From a bacterium (GTDB lineage: Bacteria; UBP18; UBA7526), in the NCBI GenBank assembly GCA_030615855.1, contig JAUWYL010000005.1, forward strand, positions 1 through 57,498: DNA of 57,498 bases, given 5' to 3'. A program made the translations under genes and the position numbers. Under the pieces are notes generated by a model. It made no database searches. It was given only the letters and a program-made list of their open reading frames with translations, and was not told the origin of the DNA. Positions 1 through 9,370 of the stretch are shown here, one piece after another. Positions within the stretch are counted from its first letter, which is position 1. Each line of letters begins with the position of its first letter.

Positions 1-153
1 TTTGGAATTTCTTTAGATTCCACGAGGGAATGTATTTCTGTATTCAATGTCTTAATCAGGCAATCGCTTATTGATAAAGCAGTATTTAAAGACCTACGTA
101 AGGATGGTCGAGAGATTACCAGTATGATTACTGGCTTAATCAATTCTTTGTAA
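1..153 (+). CDS. Four-helix-bundle protein (23S rRNA IVP/bAvd-like), C-terminal part; 5' end lies outside the window
   Basis: Frame 1 reads FGISLDSTRECISVFNVLIRQSLIDKAVFKDLRKDGREITSMITGLINSL*, matching the family's C-terminal pattern (IsxgSxxE...I..M..GLI.SL). Not in the ORF track. Followed by heptamer repeats, like the paralog at 23475. Confidence 0.7.
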   Translation, partial: FGISLDSTRECISVFNVLIRQSLIDKAVFKDLRKDGREITSMITGLINSL

Positions 154-160
154 TTTTTTA

Positions 161-209
161 CTGTAAACTGTAAACTGGTTACTGTAAACTACCGAGTGAT
201 AACGAGGTA
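161..209. repeat. CTGTAAA/CTGGTTA heptamer array ending in a GA/GA mini-hairpin
   Basis: ctgtaaa-ctgtaaa-ctggtta-ctgtaaa followed by tacc-ga-gt-gata-ac-ga-ggta. Confidence 0.8.
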
Positions 210-213
210 TGAA

Positions 214-1113
214 ATGGCAGTAGATATTAAAAAGGTCCTTAGCAGTTTGAAGGAGAGAAAAGAGACCATGCTCGTCTGGGGATTGGGAGTCGTTGCCCTC
301 TCTCTAGGGGTTTTTATCCTCATCGGTTATATCAGAGGGGTCTCCCCTCCTCCCATCTTGGAGGTGGTTGTCAGAAGAAAGAAACCCCTGAAAAGCAAGG
401 AAGAGATCATTGCCCAGCTCAAGGAGGCCCAGAAGATACCTCCCTTTGTTGACTATCACCATATCCTGACCAAAAACCTCTTCATGCAGTCCAGAATGGC
501 CCGGATTGAAGGGGAGAGGATAGTAGGAGTAGGGGGTTTTGTCCTGAAGGGGATCATAGAGAGACCGGAAACGAGAAGAATCGCCGCCCTCATTCAGGAT
601 CCAGGAGGCAAGGCCCATATTGTGGAGGCTGGCCAGATGATTGGCACCAGTGAAGTGAAGGTAATGGCCATTGACTTCAAGAACCAGAGCGTGGCCCTCA
701 TGGGCAAGGGCTGGAAGAAGCCCCAGGTCATCAGGCTGGCCAGAGAAGCCCTGGGAGAGAAGGCCCTGATCACCTTCCGGCCGAGCGAAAAGAAGAAAGA
801 AGTAGAAAAGCCAAAGGAGGTCACAGGGGAGGAGGCGAAGAAGGCCATGGATGCTGCAAAACGGGCCATGAGTGAGGCCGACTCCAGCATTGTCGATGCC
901 TCTACGGCAACAGATACCTCGGAAGCCATAGAGGAAAGGGACGTTGCTAAAAAGAAGTTAGAGGAGGCTCAGGAAGCATATCTCACCAAGGACTATGCTA
1001 CAACGAGGGATCTGGCTCTTGAGGCGGAGAAGCTGGCCAAGGAAGCAGTGGAATTAGTGGAGGAAGCCGAGACAGAGGCAGAAGAAGAGGAAGAGGAGGA
1101 AGAAGAGGAATAA
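214..1113 (+). CDS. PilP/GspC-like inner-membrane pilus/T2SS assembly protein with charged helical, acidic tail
   Basis: N-terminal TM helix; FVLKGII...AALIQDPGGKAHIVEAGQMIG resembles the PilP/GspC HR domain; same operon as a secretin. ATG 214 follows GAGG. Confidence 0.55.
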   Translation: MAVDIKKVLSSLKERKETMLVWGLGVVALSLGVFILIGYIRGVSPPPILEVVVRRKKPLKSKEEIIAQLKEAQKIPPFVDYHHILTKNLFMQSRMARIEGERIVGVGGFVLKGIIERPETRRIAALIQDPGGKAHIVEAGQMIGTSEVKVMAIDFKNQSVALMGKGWKKPQVIRLAREALGEKALITFRPSEKKKEVEKPKEVTGEEAKKAMDAAKRAMSEADSSIVDASTATDTSEAIEERDVAKKKLEEAQEAYLTKDYATTRDLALEAEKLAKEAVELVEEAETEAEEEEEEEEEE

Positions 1114-1137
1114 AAGTGTGGAGAAAGGAGTAAAATC

Positions 1138-2355
1138 ATGATGAAGAAAATAGTATCAGGAGTTTTATTAATTCTATGGAGCCTTTTATTGAATGTTGCT
1201 ATTTTTGGAGCAGGGGAGGTAGTCGTCGTACCTGCCAGCCTGGATCACTTCTCGGTAACGGCACCCAGTGAGGTTACTGCGGGAAAGCTCTTCCCAGTAA
1301 CCATTACTGCTTGTGATTCCTTCGGGAATATAGTCACTGACTACCGCCTCTCTGGTAAGGGAGTGAAGATAACCACCAGCGGGATGGGGAAGATTGTCCC
1401 AGAGAGGATCGCTCCCTTAGAATTTAAGGATGGGGTAGCTCAGGTGAGCCTCACCTATGATCGGGCGCAGGATATCCTTTTCATCTCTACTGAGATAGAA
1501 GGGAAGGCCAGGGGGAGGAGCAATACCATAACCGTCCTTCCCTCCAAACTGGATCATTTTGTGCTTACCGTTCCCAGGGAGGCCAGGGCAGGGCAGGAGT
1601 TTACCATCTTCATCAGTGCCCGGGATGCCTTTGGGAATATTATCTCTGATTATTCCAGTAGAGGAAAGGAGCTCTCCCTCTTCGCTTCTGGGGAGGGGAG
1701 ACTCAATCCCTCCAAGGTAGAAGTTACCCAATTTAAAGAAGGGGTTACTTCCCTTAACCTCACCTACAATAAAGCTCAGAAGATCACCCTCACCTGTAAG
1801 GAGGAGGGAGAGAAGGCAGAAGGGGTTTCTTCTTCTCTGACCGTAAGGCCAGGGGTTTTCGATCACTTCCTCTTATCCTGTGCTCCTTCTGCCCGAGCCG
1901 GGAAAAGCTTCGAAGCCACCATTACTGCCTGTGATTCCTTCGGGAATGTGGTGACTGACTATCAAGCCACAGGGAAGGGAGCCCTTCTTTCCGTAACAGG
2001 AAGCGGAAAGCTCAATCCTTCCCAGATTCCTGCCTCTCAGTTTATAGATGGAGCGGCCAAGGTCAAGCTCTCCTATGACAGAGCAGAACCCATCACCATT
2101 AGTGCTAAGGAGGCTGTTCTAAAAGCAAGACCGGAGGTAAAAGAGGGGGTTTCCATCACTGTGGCAGGAAGGGAAGTCATGGTTGAGAGGATAGATGGGA
2201 TCAATGGCTGGGCCTACATCAGGGATGAGATAAGGTATGTCAACATCAGGATGGATAGCGATGTTCAAGATGTCTGGAGGGAGGTTCCCAGGGAAAAAAC
2301 CCCGGAGACCTACCAAGCCATTCAGAAACTCTTGAGGAAGAGAGGAGCTCAGTGA
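1138..2355 (+). CDS. Secreted protein with three Ig-like beta-sandwich repeats
   Basis: Signal peptide; three repeats of DHF.(V/L).(A/V)P....AG..F...I.A.D.FGN...DY. Confidence 0.6.
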   Translation: MMKKIVSGVLLILWSLLLNVAIFGAGEVVVVPASLDHFSVTAPSEVTAGKLFPVTITACDSFGNIVTDYRLSGKGVKITTSGMGKIVPERIAPLEFKDGVAQVSLTYDRAQDILFISTEIEGKARGRSNTITVLPSKLDHFVLTVPREARAGQEFTIFISARDAFGNIISDYSSRGKELSLFASGEGRLNPSKVEVTQFKEGVTSLNLTYNKAQKITLTCKEEGEKAEGVSSSLTVRPGVFDHFLLSCAPSARAGKSFEATITACDSFGNVVTDYQATGKGALLSVTGSGKLNPSQIPASQFIDGAAKVKLSYDRAEPITISAKEAVLKARPEVKEGVSITVAGREVMVERIDGINGWAYIRDEIRYVNIRMDSDVQDVWREVPREKTPETYQAIQKLLRKRGAQ

Positions 2356-3656
2356 CTAAGAAACTGACCGTTGTTTTACTCGCTATTCTCCTTTCATTAT
2401 CCCTTCTTTCCAGTGAGTCATCCTCTCAGGAAATAGTCCGTCCGTCAGAGACGGCCGGATGGAAGGAGGACATCCTCATCCTTCTCAAGGTTGTCAAGAC
2501 TGTGGGAGATTATAAAGACCTTGTGGAACTCATCGAAGTTGCTCCTTCCCTGAAGGAGGACCCGGAAATAAGGAAAGCCTATATCACTTTTGCTCCTAAA
2601 GGGATGAGTCCCCCCAGCTGGGCAAGGGAAGAGAGGGTAGAAAAGGTAAAGGCCAAGAGAGTAGCAAAGGTGGAAGAGATTAAGGAGCCTGAAGAAAAGC
2701 GGGAGATAGAGATACCAAAGAAGATTGCAGTAGAAGTTAAAGAAGAAGCCCGGCCCCTGACAAAAGAAAAGAAGAAAGAAGTCAGGAAGCACTACCTGAT
2801 AGGAAAGAGATACTACAATGCCAAGGAGGATAGGAAAGCCATTGAGGAATTTAAAAAGGCGCTTGCCTTAGATCCTACCTACAAGAAAGCAATTAGATAT
2901 CTCTCCGAGAGCCACTATCACCTGGGAAGTAAGTATTATAGAGATAAGGATTATGGAAAGGCCATGGCAGAGTTTGAGAAAGCCCTGACTAAGAACCCCG
3001 AGCATAAGAAGGCCAAAGAATACTTCGCTAAATCACAAGCAAGAATAGAAGAAAAAGAGGAAAGGGCTCGGGCAGAAGAAGCGCGAAGGATTGCTCAGGA
3101 GGTAGGGGAACAGAAGAAACCCCTTGAGGTAGAGGAGAGACCCCCAATAGAGGTTATTAAGGAAGAGCCGGAAATAGAATCCCTTGAGAAAGTCGAAGTA
3201 GTGACTGAAGGTCCTCCAGAGAAGATTGTGGTTGCTAAGGAAGTTCCAGTTAAGAAGAAAGAACTCAAAGTGGAGATTGAGGAAGAATTGGGAGTAAGAC
3301 CCACTCCACTTCCCAAAGGAGCCAAGGTTATCCACTCTACAGATGTGGTTAGCGGGGTGAAGGCAGAAATGGTTGAAGGAAAAATGAGGGTAACCATCAC
3401 CCTTTCTGGCGAGAGGAAGTATACGGTATCTGAGAGGGGGCGACCACCTGCCATAGTCATCGACATCCCCCATACCATAAATGCTGTCTTTCCCGGAAGG
3501 GTAATGGTCAATCAGGGAGGGGTGAGAACGGTCGAGGTAATTCAGCATCGCGCGGTCCCCTTCGATGGAACACGAGTAATAATAAGGCTCTCCCGCTTTA
3601 AGGAATACGAGGTAAAGAGCAAAGAAAACGAAATCCATGTTGAGTTTGAGGAATGA
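2352..3656 (+). CDS. Periplasmic TPR protein with C-terminal AMIN-like domain
   Basis: Signal peptide; TPR motifs (HYLIGKRYY...AIEEFKKALALDP); C-terminal PPAIVIDIP...TRVIIRL typical of AMIN. Confidence 0.65.
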   Translation: MTKKLTVVLLAILLSLSLLSSESSSQEIVRPSETAGWKEDILILLKVVKTVGDYKDLVELIEVAPSLKEDPEIRKAYITFAPKGMSPPSWAREERVEKVKAKRVAKVEEIKEPEEKREIEIPKKIAVEVKEEARPLTKEKKKEVRKHYLIGKRYYNAKEDRKAIEEFKKALALDPTYKKAIRYLSESHYHLGSKYYRDKDYGKAMAEFEKALTKNPEHKKAKEYFAKSQARIEEKEERARAEEARRIAQEVGEQKKPLEVEERPPIEVIKEEPEIESLEKVEVVTEGPPEKIVVAKEVPVKKKELKVEIEEELGVRPTPLPKGAKVIHSTDVVSGVKAEMVEGKMRVTITLSGERKYTVSERGRPPAIVIDIPHTINAVFPGRVMVNQGGVRTVEVIQHRAVPFDGTRVIIRLSRFKEYEVKSKENEIHVEFEE

Positions 3657-4159
3657 TTAAGAAGATAGTAACTCTCTTTTTTATAATCGCTTTTATGGTG
3701 GGCACCCTCTGGGCAGAGGAGTCCATAGAACTGGAGATTAATTGTCCTGAAGAAACTAAAGACTCTCCAACTTCAGTGATTGAGATAATAGAAGAGGGGG
3801 AGATTTCAGAAGAGGAGCCAGTGGAAAAGGAGAAGAGGGAGAGTAGCCCCCTTCAGTTAAAGAAGAAATCCTCCTATCCCAAACTCCCTCTTTTGGAGCC
3901 CCTTCCCCTCTCTGGAATGAAGGCCAATAAAAAGATTATCTCCCGCCTGCTTAAAGATTTGAAGAGCAAAAACCCCGCCCTCCGCTGTTGGGCAGCAAGG
4001 AGCCTGGGAGAACTGGATATCCAGAAGGAGCGAGGCAAGGCAATAAGGGCTCTCAGAAAGGCCTTTAGGAAGGAAAAGCATCCTCAGGTAAAGGAAGCAA
4101 TAAAGGAGGTACTATTGAAATTAGAGGGCGAACTCCCAGAAACGAAGGCCTTTCTATGA
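3653..4159 (+). CDS. Exported HEAT-repeat protein
   Basis: Signal peptide; LLKDLKSKNPALRCWAARSLGEL HEAT/PBS-like motif; ATGA overlap with the upstream gene. Confidence 0.55.
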   Translation: MIKKIVTLFFIIAFMVGTLWAEESIELEINCPEETKDSPTSVIEIIEEGEISEEEPVEKEKRESSPLQLKKKSSYPKLPLLEPLPLSGMKANKKIISRLLKDLKSKNPALRCWAARSLGELDIQKERGKAIRALRKAFRKEKHPQVKEAIKEVLLKLEGELPETKAFL

Positions 4160-5061
4160 GATTAAAAAGAATACTACTCTTAGGTCTAATCTTCTCATTG
4201 ATTCAGACTTCAGCCTTACTTGCCCGAGTAGGCGATAGGCCCATGCCTGTAGGAGCCAGAGCTACCGGGATGGGGGGAGCCTTTGTCGCTGTGGCAGATG
4301 ATGCCTATGCCGCCTACTACAACCCAGCAGGGCTATCTCAGTTAAAGAGAAGAGAAGGAACAGTCACCTCTCTGGTAGATATGTCGACCAGAAATAAGTA
4401 CTTAGATTACGATGACATCGTCATCTATGCTAACCCAGATGAGAGGTATGGAGCCTGGGCAGGATGGTTTGTGGATAGCGGCTCACATCAGAAAGGAGCG
4501 AAGAAGCCAGAGTACTGGTACTGCTATTCCTATGGCAAGGAGGTTTTAAGGGGCCTCTCCTTGGGGGGCAACCTGCGCTATGTCTGGGGTAAAACCCGCC
4601 ATCCCAATGTGAGCGACCACGCTGGAGCCCTCGATCTCGCCCTTCTTTACCGTCCTGTTAGATGGTTTTCTGCTGGCTTCTTAATTCAGGATGTGAATGA
4701 GCCTGAGCATTGGAATGAGGAGTATGATATTAACTTTCGACCGGGAGTCGCCTTCCGTCCAGATAAACTGACCGTCATTGCCTGTGACCTATACGATGCT
4801 ACAGGAGAGACGGACGATACCTATCACGATGCCAGTCAGGATGTGAGAGTCGGCGTGGAGAGGTGGATTACAAAGCATAGGTACGTCGCTTTAAGGGGAG
4901 GGGCCTATCATCTTACTTCCCGGTATGAGGCCTATACTGGCGGTTTAGGTCTGAGGTTCGAAATAAATCAGATCGAATATAGGTTTGACTATGCCTACTT
5001 TGCTCACCAAAAAGGAGATGAGGAGGAGAGGCATTACTTGGGTCTTACCTTTGCCTTCTAA
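4156..5061 (+). CDS. Outer-membrane beta-barrel, PorV/PorQ (FadL-like) family
   Basis: PVGARATGMGGAFVAVADDAYAAYYNPAGL signature; alternating aromatic strands; C-terminal Phe. Confidence 0.75.
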   Translation: MRLKRILLLGLIFSLIQTSALLARVGDRPMPVGARATGMGGAFVAVADDAYAAYYNPAGLSQLKRREGTVTSLVDMSTRNKYLDYDDIVIYANPDERYGAWAGWFVDSGSHQKGAKKPEYWYCYSYGKEVLRGLSLGGNLRYVWGKTRHPNVSDHAGALDLALLYRPVRWFSAGFLIQDVNEPEHWNEEYDINFRPGVAFRPDKLTVIACDLYDATGETDDTYHDASQDVRVGVERWITKHRYVALRGGAYHLTSRYEAYTGGLGLRFEINQIEYRFDYAYFAHQKGDEEERHYLGLTFAF

Positions 5062-5080
5062 GAATTGAACGATAAATAAA

Positions 5081-5500
5081 TTGAGAATATTAATTACAGG
5101 ATTGATAGTGGGAATGACCTTAATGGGAGGTGCCTGCTCTGGGACCCAGTCCAGAGGGAAAGTAATAACCGAGAAGAAAGTACCGGTGGTGAAGATAGGG
5201 AACCTGAAGAAGAACCCTTCGCTCTATTTAGGTAAAACGGTAACTGTAAAAGGGGAATATCGTGGCTGGAAGGCAGAGTGTGGTCCCCCTCCCGTAACTC
5301 GTAGCGATTGGGGAGTAAGGGATGAGACGGGCACCATCTATGTTACCGGGAAGCCAGCTTCTCATCTCGATCCTTATAAAGACATTGGCAGGAAAATTAC
5401 AGTAACCGGAACCTTTCATTTGAAGAAAAATCCCTATGCCCATCTTAAAATAGAGAATATTCCGTATATTAAGGCAGTGAAAATTGAAATAGGGAAATGA
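5081..5500 (+). CDS. Lipoprotein with OB-fold-like domain
   Basis: Hydrophobic leader ending GGAC; NPSLYLGKTVTVKG...DETGTIYV OB-like pattern. Confidence 0.5.
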   Translation: MRILITGLIVGMTLMGGACSGTQSRGKVITEKKVPVVKIGNLKKNPSLYLGKTVTVKGEYRGWKAECGPPPVTRSDWGVRDETGTIYVTGKPASHLDPYKDIGRKITVTGTFHLKKNPYAHLKIENIPYIKAVKIEIGK

Positions 5501-5503
5501 GAA

Positions 5504-5583
5504 GTGAACCCCGTTAGAGATGACAGAATAAATTTAGATGTAAATTACGGTCGCCTTGGGCGACCTATCTCTAACGGGGTGAA
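5504..5583. mobile_element. Miniature inverted-repeat element inserted at a start codon
   Basis: 14-bp perfect IR accccgttagagat (5508-5521) / atctctaacggggt (5567-5580); flanking GTGAA duplication; internal hairpin ggtcgcc-ttg-ggcgacc. Confidence 0.7.
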
Positions 5584-7156
5584 GAAGTATTGGATAGGAA
5601 TCATACTATTGGTACTTTTAGTAGCAGTTCCGGTTACTGCTTATTCCGATGCCTGGACATTCATGGTCTATCTCGATGGGGACAATAACTTGGAATCGGC
5701 TGCCATCGATGATTTCTTAGAGATGGCAGAAGTGGGCTCTGATATTAATGTCAATATCATCGTTCAGATGGATCGGGTATCTTTTGAAGTTTTAGATGCT
5801 ATTGGCCAAGGAGCATATGATGACACCAGCTACGGTAATTGGACAACGACAAAGAGGTTTCGTGTTGACTTGGATAGTACCCCGGTTGATAGCGACTCTG
5901 GTTTTATCTCTGATGAGGGTGAGTTGAATATGGGTGATCCCAATACCCTGAGCGACTTTGTAGACTGGGCAACTACCACTTACCCGGCAACCAATTATGC
6001 CCTAATCCTCTGGAATCATGGCGGCGGCTGGAGAGATGCGATAAAGGCTAAGGGGCTGAATAAAGATGCAATAAAGGCCATCTGCTGGGATGAGACAGAT
6101 AATGCCGATTGCCTCTATATGAATGAGGTGAAGAGCGCTCTCCTGAATATTACAGAGCATATGCACCTCATTGGCTTCGATGCCTGCCTGATGGGAATGA
6201 TAGAGGTTGCCCATCAGATATATAGTTATGGAAGCGTTATGGTTGGTTCTGAAACGATTGAGCCCAATGATGGCTGGCCATATGATACCATCCTCAGTGC
6301 AACCAATGGTTTAGTGAAAAATCCAAACTGGACAGCGAATCAACTGGGTGACTGGATAGTAGATACTTATATAGCCCAGACTGCTGCTGCATATAAAACT
6401 CAGTCAGCCATAGACCTTACAAAGATTAACGCCCTAGCCAGCGCTGTGGATAGCTTTGCCCAGGCATTGGGATATGACTCGGATATAGCAAACGCCCGGG
6501 CAAATGTTGAGGACTATTATTATCCGGCACATATTGACCTCTATCACTTCGCCTATCTCTGTAAGCAGTATAGTTCTAATTCAACCATCGATTCTCGCGC
6601 CCAGACAGTAATGGATAACGTCACCAGCGCGGTTATTACTGAGGGCCACGGCACTGACCATCCTAACTCTCATGGATTGGCCATCTATTTTCCCTCGACT
6701 GAAGCATCTTACGACAGCGATTATGGCACGCTCAGCATTAACTCTTTCGCTACTACCAATTGGGATGAGTTCTTGAGTAACTATTATAATCAGGTTGCTC
6801 CTCCGGGAGGAGACGGAGGGACAACGGGCACTGGAGGGGGAGGAAGTAGTGGTGGTAAAGTCTGCTTCATCGCTACAGCTGCCTACGGCAGCTACACGGA
6901 TGAGCACGGATTGATTACGGATTCTCACGGATCACCGATCACTGTTTTACAGAAATTCCGGGATGAATATCTCTTGACCAATGCCCCAGGAAGGGCCTTC
7001 GTCTCCTATTACGAAAGGATGAGCCCACCCATAGCAAGATACATTGAGAATAAAGAAGCCTTAAAAGCTATTATAAGATTTTATCTCAAACCAGTAGTCT
7101 GGTTGACTAAGAAAGTAACAAGTAATCCGTCTGTGACGGAAACATTGAACAATTGA
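5579..7156 (+). CDS. Clostripain-family (C11) cysteine peptidase with CFI-box-CTERM sorting domain
   Basis: [33 protein letters not shown]; Gly linker then [10 protein letters not shown]...FRD...FVSYY..SPPIA. The upstream in-frame GTG 5504 comes from the inserted element. Confidence 0.85.
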   Translation: MKKYWIGIILLVLLVAVPVTAYSDAWTFMVYLDGDNNLESAAIDDFLEMAEVGSDINVNIIVQMDRVSFEVLDAIGQGAYDDTSYGNWTTTKRFRVDLDSTPVDSDSGFISDEGELNMGDPNTLSDFVDWATTTYPATNYALILWNHGGGWRDAIKAKGLNKDAIKAICWDETDNADCLYMNEVKSALLNITEHMHLIGFDACLMGMIEVAHQIYSYGSVMVGSETIEPNDGWPYDTILSATNGLVKNPNWTANQLGDWIVDTYIAQTAAAYKTQSAIDLTKINALASAVDSFAQALGYDSDIANARANVEDYYYPAHIDLYHFAYLCKQYSSNSTIDSRAQTVMDNVTSAVITEGHGTDHPNSHGLAIYFPSTEASYDSDYGTLSINSFATTNWDEFLSNYYNQVAPPGGDGGTTGTGGGGSSGGKVCFIATAAYGSYTDEHGLITDSHGSPITVLQKFRDEYLLTNAPGRAFVSYYERMSPPIARYIENKEALKAIIRFYLKPVVWLTKKVTSNPSVTETLNN

Positions 7157-7196
7157 GGATTAAAAAATATAAAGATGATAGAGGAGGAAAAGAAGA

Positions 7197-9179
7197 ATGA
7201 GGAAGAATTTAAGAAGATGGCTGATTAGTCTAACACTATTGGCGACTCTGAGTTTAGGGATTGGTCTGGCTCTGGCACAGGAAGAAGAGGCATATTCACC
7301 AGAGGAGGTTGTTCCGATTGTCGAACCTGTAGCTCCGGTACCTGTCAAGCCGACCAACGCTGTTCAGAGCATAGAGGTTGTAGATCTGCCGGAGAAGGTG
7401 AGGATTATTATTACTACCACCCAGCCGGCGGAGTATATCATTGGCAAGGTATATAAGCCAAAGATGCTCTATGTGGACATTCTGAATTCGGTGAATGACC
7501 TTCCCAAGAGAAGGTTCCGGGTGAAGAAGGGACCAGTAAAGAGAATCAGGTCCAGTCAGTATCAGGTCCTTCCCACAGAGATCTCAAGAATTGTGGTAGA
7601 CCTTGATAGGTGGGTCAAACACGAGATAGCCAGGGAGGAGAATAAGTTATACTTAGAATTCTATAAGCCAGAAGTTCTGATTGCCAAGGCCCCACCAGAG
7701 GAGAAGGCCCCTCCTGAAGAAGAGAAAGTTCCTCCTGAAGAAGAGGAGAAGGTTCCCCTTCTTGAGGAGAGGCTGATCAGCGTTTCCTTTACTGATGCTC
7801 CCATGTCTGCGGTATTGAGCTTCTTAGCCGAGATGAGTGGCTACAATATCGTGGCCAGCGCTGAAGTAACTGCCGCGACGGTGACCATAACCCTCAAGGA
7901 TGTTCCGGTCATGACCGCCCTGAATACCATCCTGGAGATGCAGGGCCTGTGGTATAAGAAAGAGAAGAATATCATAAGGGTCATGACCATAGGGGAGTTC
8001 CAGGCCACTTTAGCGGTAAAGGCCGATTTAACCCGGGTATTCGTCCTCCAGCATGCCGATGCCGCAGGCTTAGCTGAGGTTCTGAATAGTGTCCTGGGAG
8101 GAGCAGTAATAAAGAAGGTACCCACAAAAGTTAGCCTCCGCGTTACTGAAAAGAGGGCTGGTGAATTCGCGAGAGCCGTTCAAGCCGCGAAGACCCTTCA
8201 TTTTAAGGGGAAGACCTTCGTCATCGCGGATGTGAGGACAAATTCTTTGATCATCACCACCGATGACCCCAGGAACTTCCTGATGCTTGAGAGGCTAATA
8301 AAGGAACTGGATACCGAGATCCCCCAGGTCCTCTTAGAAGTCATGATTGTTGAGGTGACCCTTGGCCCGGATGATACCAATATTGGTCTGCAGTGGGTCT
8401 GGGGAGATGTCAACCTCCCTGGTGGTCTCGATGGGGTGATGCACTGGGATGAGTTCGATGAGGGGACGGTGCCTGGGGTGACCGGAGCTGATACTGAGGA
8501 CCTCTACACTACAGAGCGTGGCCAGTATAAACTCATTCTCTGGAATGAGCATGTCAAAATACTCTTCCAGGCCATGCAGGAGACCCATAAGGTGGATGTC
8601 CTCTCCACTCCCAGGATTCTCACCCTTAACAACCAACCAGCGATGATTCAGGTAGGTTATGAGTATCCCGTGGTCATAGATGATGACTGGGTCTATAAGG
8701 ATATCGGGATAATCCTGAATATTACTCCTAAGATCAATGAGGCGAAGTTTGTCAACCTCAGCCTGAATCAGGAGATCACAGAGATCTATGGAACGAACAT
8801 CTATGGACTTCCCATATTCTCAAAGCGGATCCTAGAGTCCAGTGGCCTGGTGAAGGATGGTTATACCCTGGTTATTGGAGGACTGATCAAGACCTCCAAG
8901 ATAGATGCCGAGTATATGATTCCCTGGTTGGGTAAGATACCGGGATTGGGTTATCTCTTCAAGAGGAAGGAGAAGAGGACGGAGAATGTGGAGATCATGA
9001 TGTTCATCACTCCCTATGTTCTCACCAGCCCGGGAGAAGGGACGAGGGTGTCCAGGAAACAGGCAAGGGACCTCTCCACAGGGAAGGTCTCAGATAAGGA
9101 CATTCGTGTTCCAGAGGCAAAGATCGAGATACCGGAATTAGAAGAGGCCGAGATACCAGAGATAGAAGAGAAGAAGTAG
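7197..9179 (+). CDS. pilQ: Type IV pilus/T2SS secretin (PilQ-like) with AMIN and N domains
   Basis: Signal peptide; AMIN domain; N0 (ISVSFTDA...); DVRTNSLII; QVLLEVMIVE; STPRILTLNNQPAMI; IPWLGKIPGLGYLFK. Confidence 0.8.
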   Translation: MRKNLRRWLISLTLLATLSLGIGLALAQEEEAYSPEEVVPIVEPVAPVPVKPTNAVQSIEVVDLPEKVRIIITTTQPAEYIIGKVYKPKMLYVDILNSVNDLPKRRFRVKKGPVKRIRSSQYQVLPTEISRIVVDLDRWVKHEIAREENKLYLEFYKPEVLIAKAPPEEKAPPEEEKVPPEEEEKVPLLEERLISVSFTDAPMSAVLSFLAEMSGYNIVASAEVTAATVTITLKDVPVMTALNTILEMQGLWYKKEKNIIRVMTIGEFQATLAVKADLTRVFVLQHADAAGLAEVLNSVLGGAVIKKVPTKVSLRVTEKRAGEFARAVQAAKTLHFKGKTFVIADVRTNSLIITTDDPRNFLMLERLIKELDTEIPQVLLEVMIVEVTLGPDDTNIGLQWVWGDVNLPGGLDGVMHWDEFDEGTVPGVTGADTEDLYTTERGQYKLILWNEHVKILFQAMQETHKVDVLSTPRILTLNNQPAMIQVGYEYPVVIDDDWVYKDIGIILNITPKINEAKFVNLSLNQEITEIYGTNIYGLPIFSKRILESSGLVKDGYTLVIGGLIKTSKIDAEYMIPWLGKIPGLGYLFKRKEKRTENVEIMMFITPYVLTSPGEGTRVSRKQARDLSTGKVSDKDIRVPEAKIEIPELEEAEIPEIEEKK

Positions 9180-9245
9180 TAGAGATTTCAGCGAACGGTT
9201 GCCTGTATTAGGGGTGTGGATGGGTCGTGAGTAGTGGGTCGGGGA

Positions 9246-9315
9246 TGAGTTGTGTGGATGGGGATATATTCCCCACCCTCACCCCCACAACCCGACTCAC
9301 AACACACAACTCACC
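9246..9315. repeat. About 70-bp GT/AC-rich hairpin element, copy 1
   Basis: Near-identical reverse-complement copy at 55042-55112. Confidence 0.75.
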
Positions 9316-9370
9316 CTTATCCCCGATGACTTAAGTAACCCTTCAACGTATAACGTAAAAGGAGGAGTTT

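Noticed and set aside
1075-1110. GAA/GAG run at the end of the first full ORF as a repeat element
   Set aside because: Simply encodes a poly-Glu tail with mixed codons.
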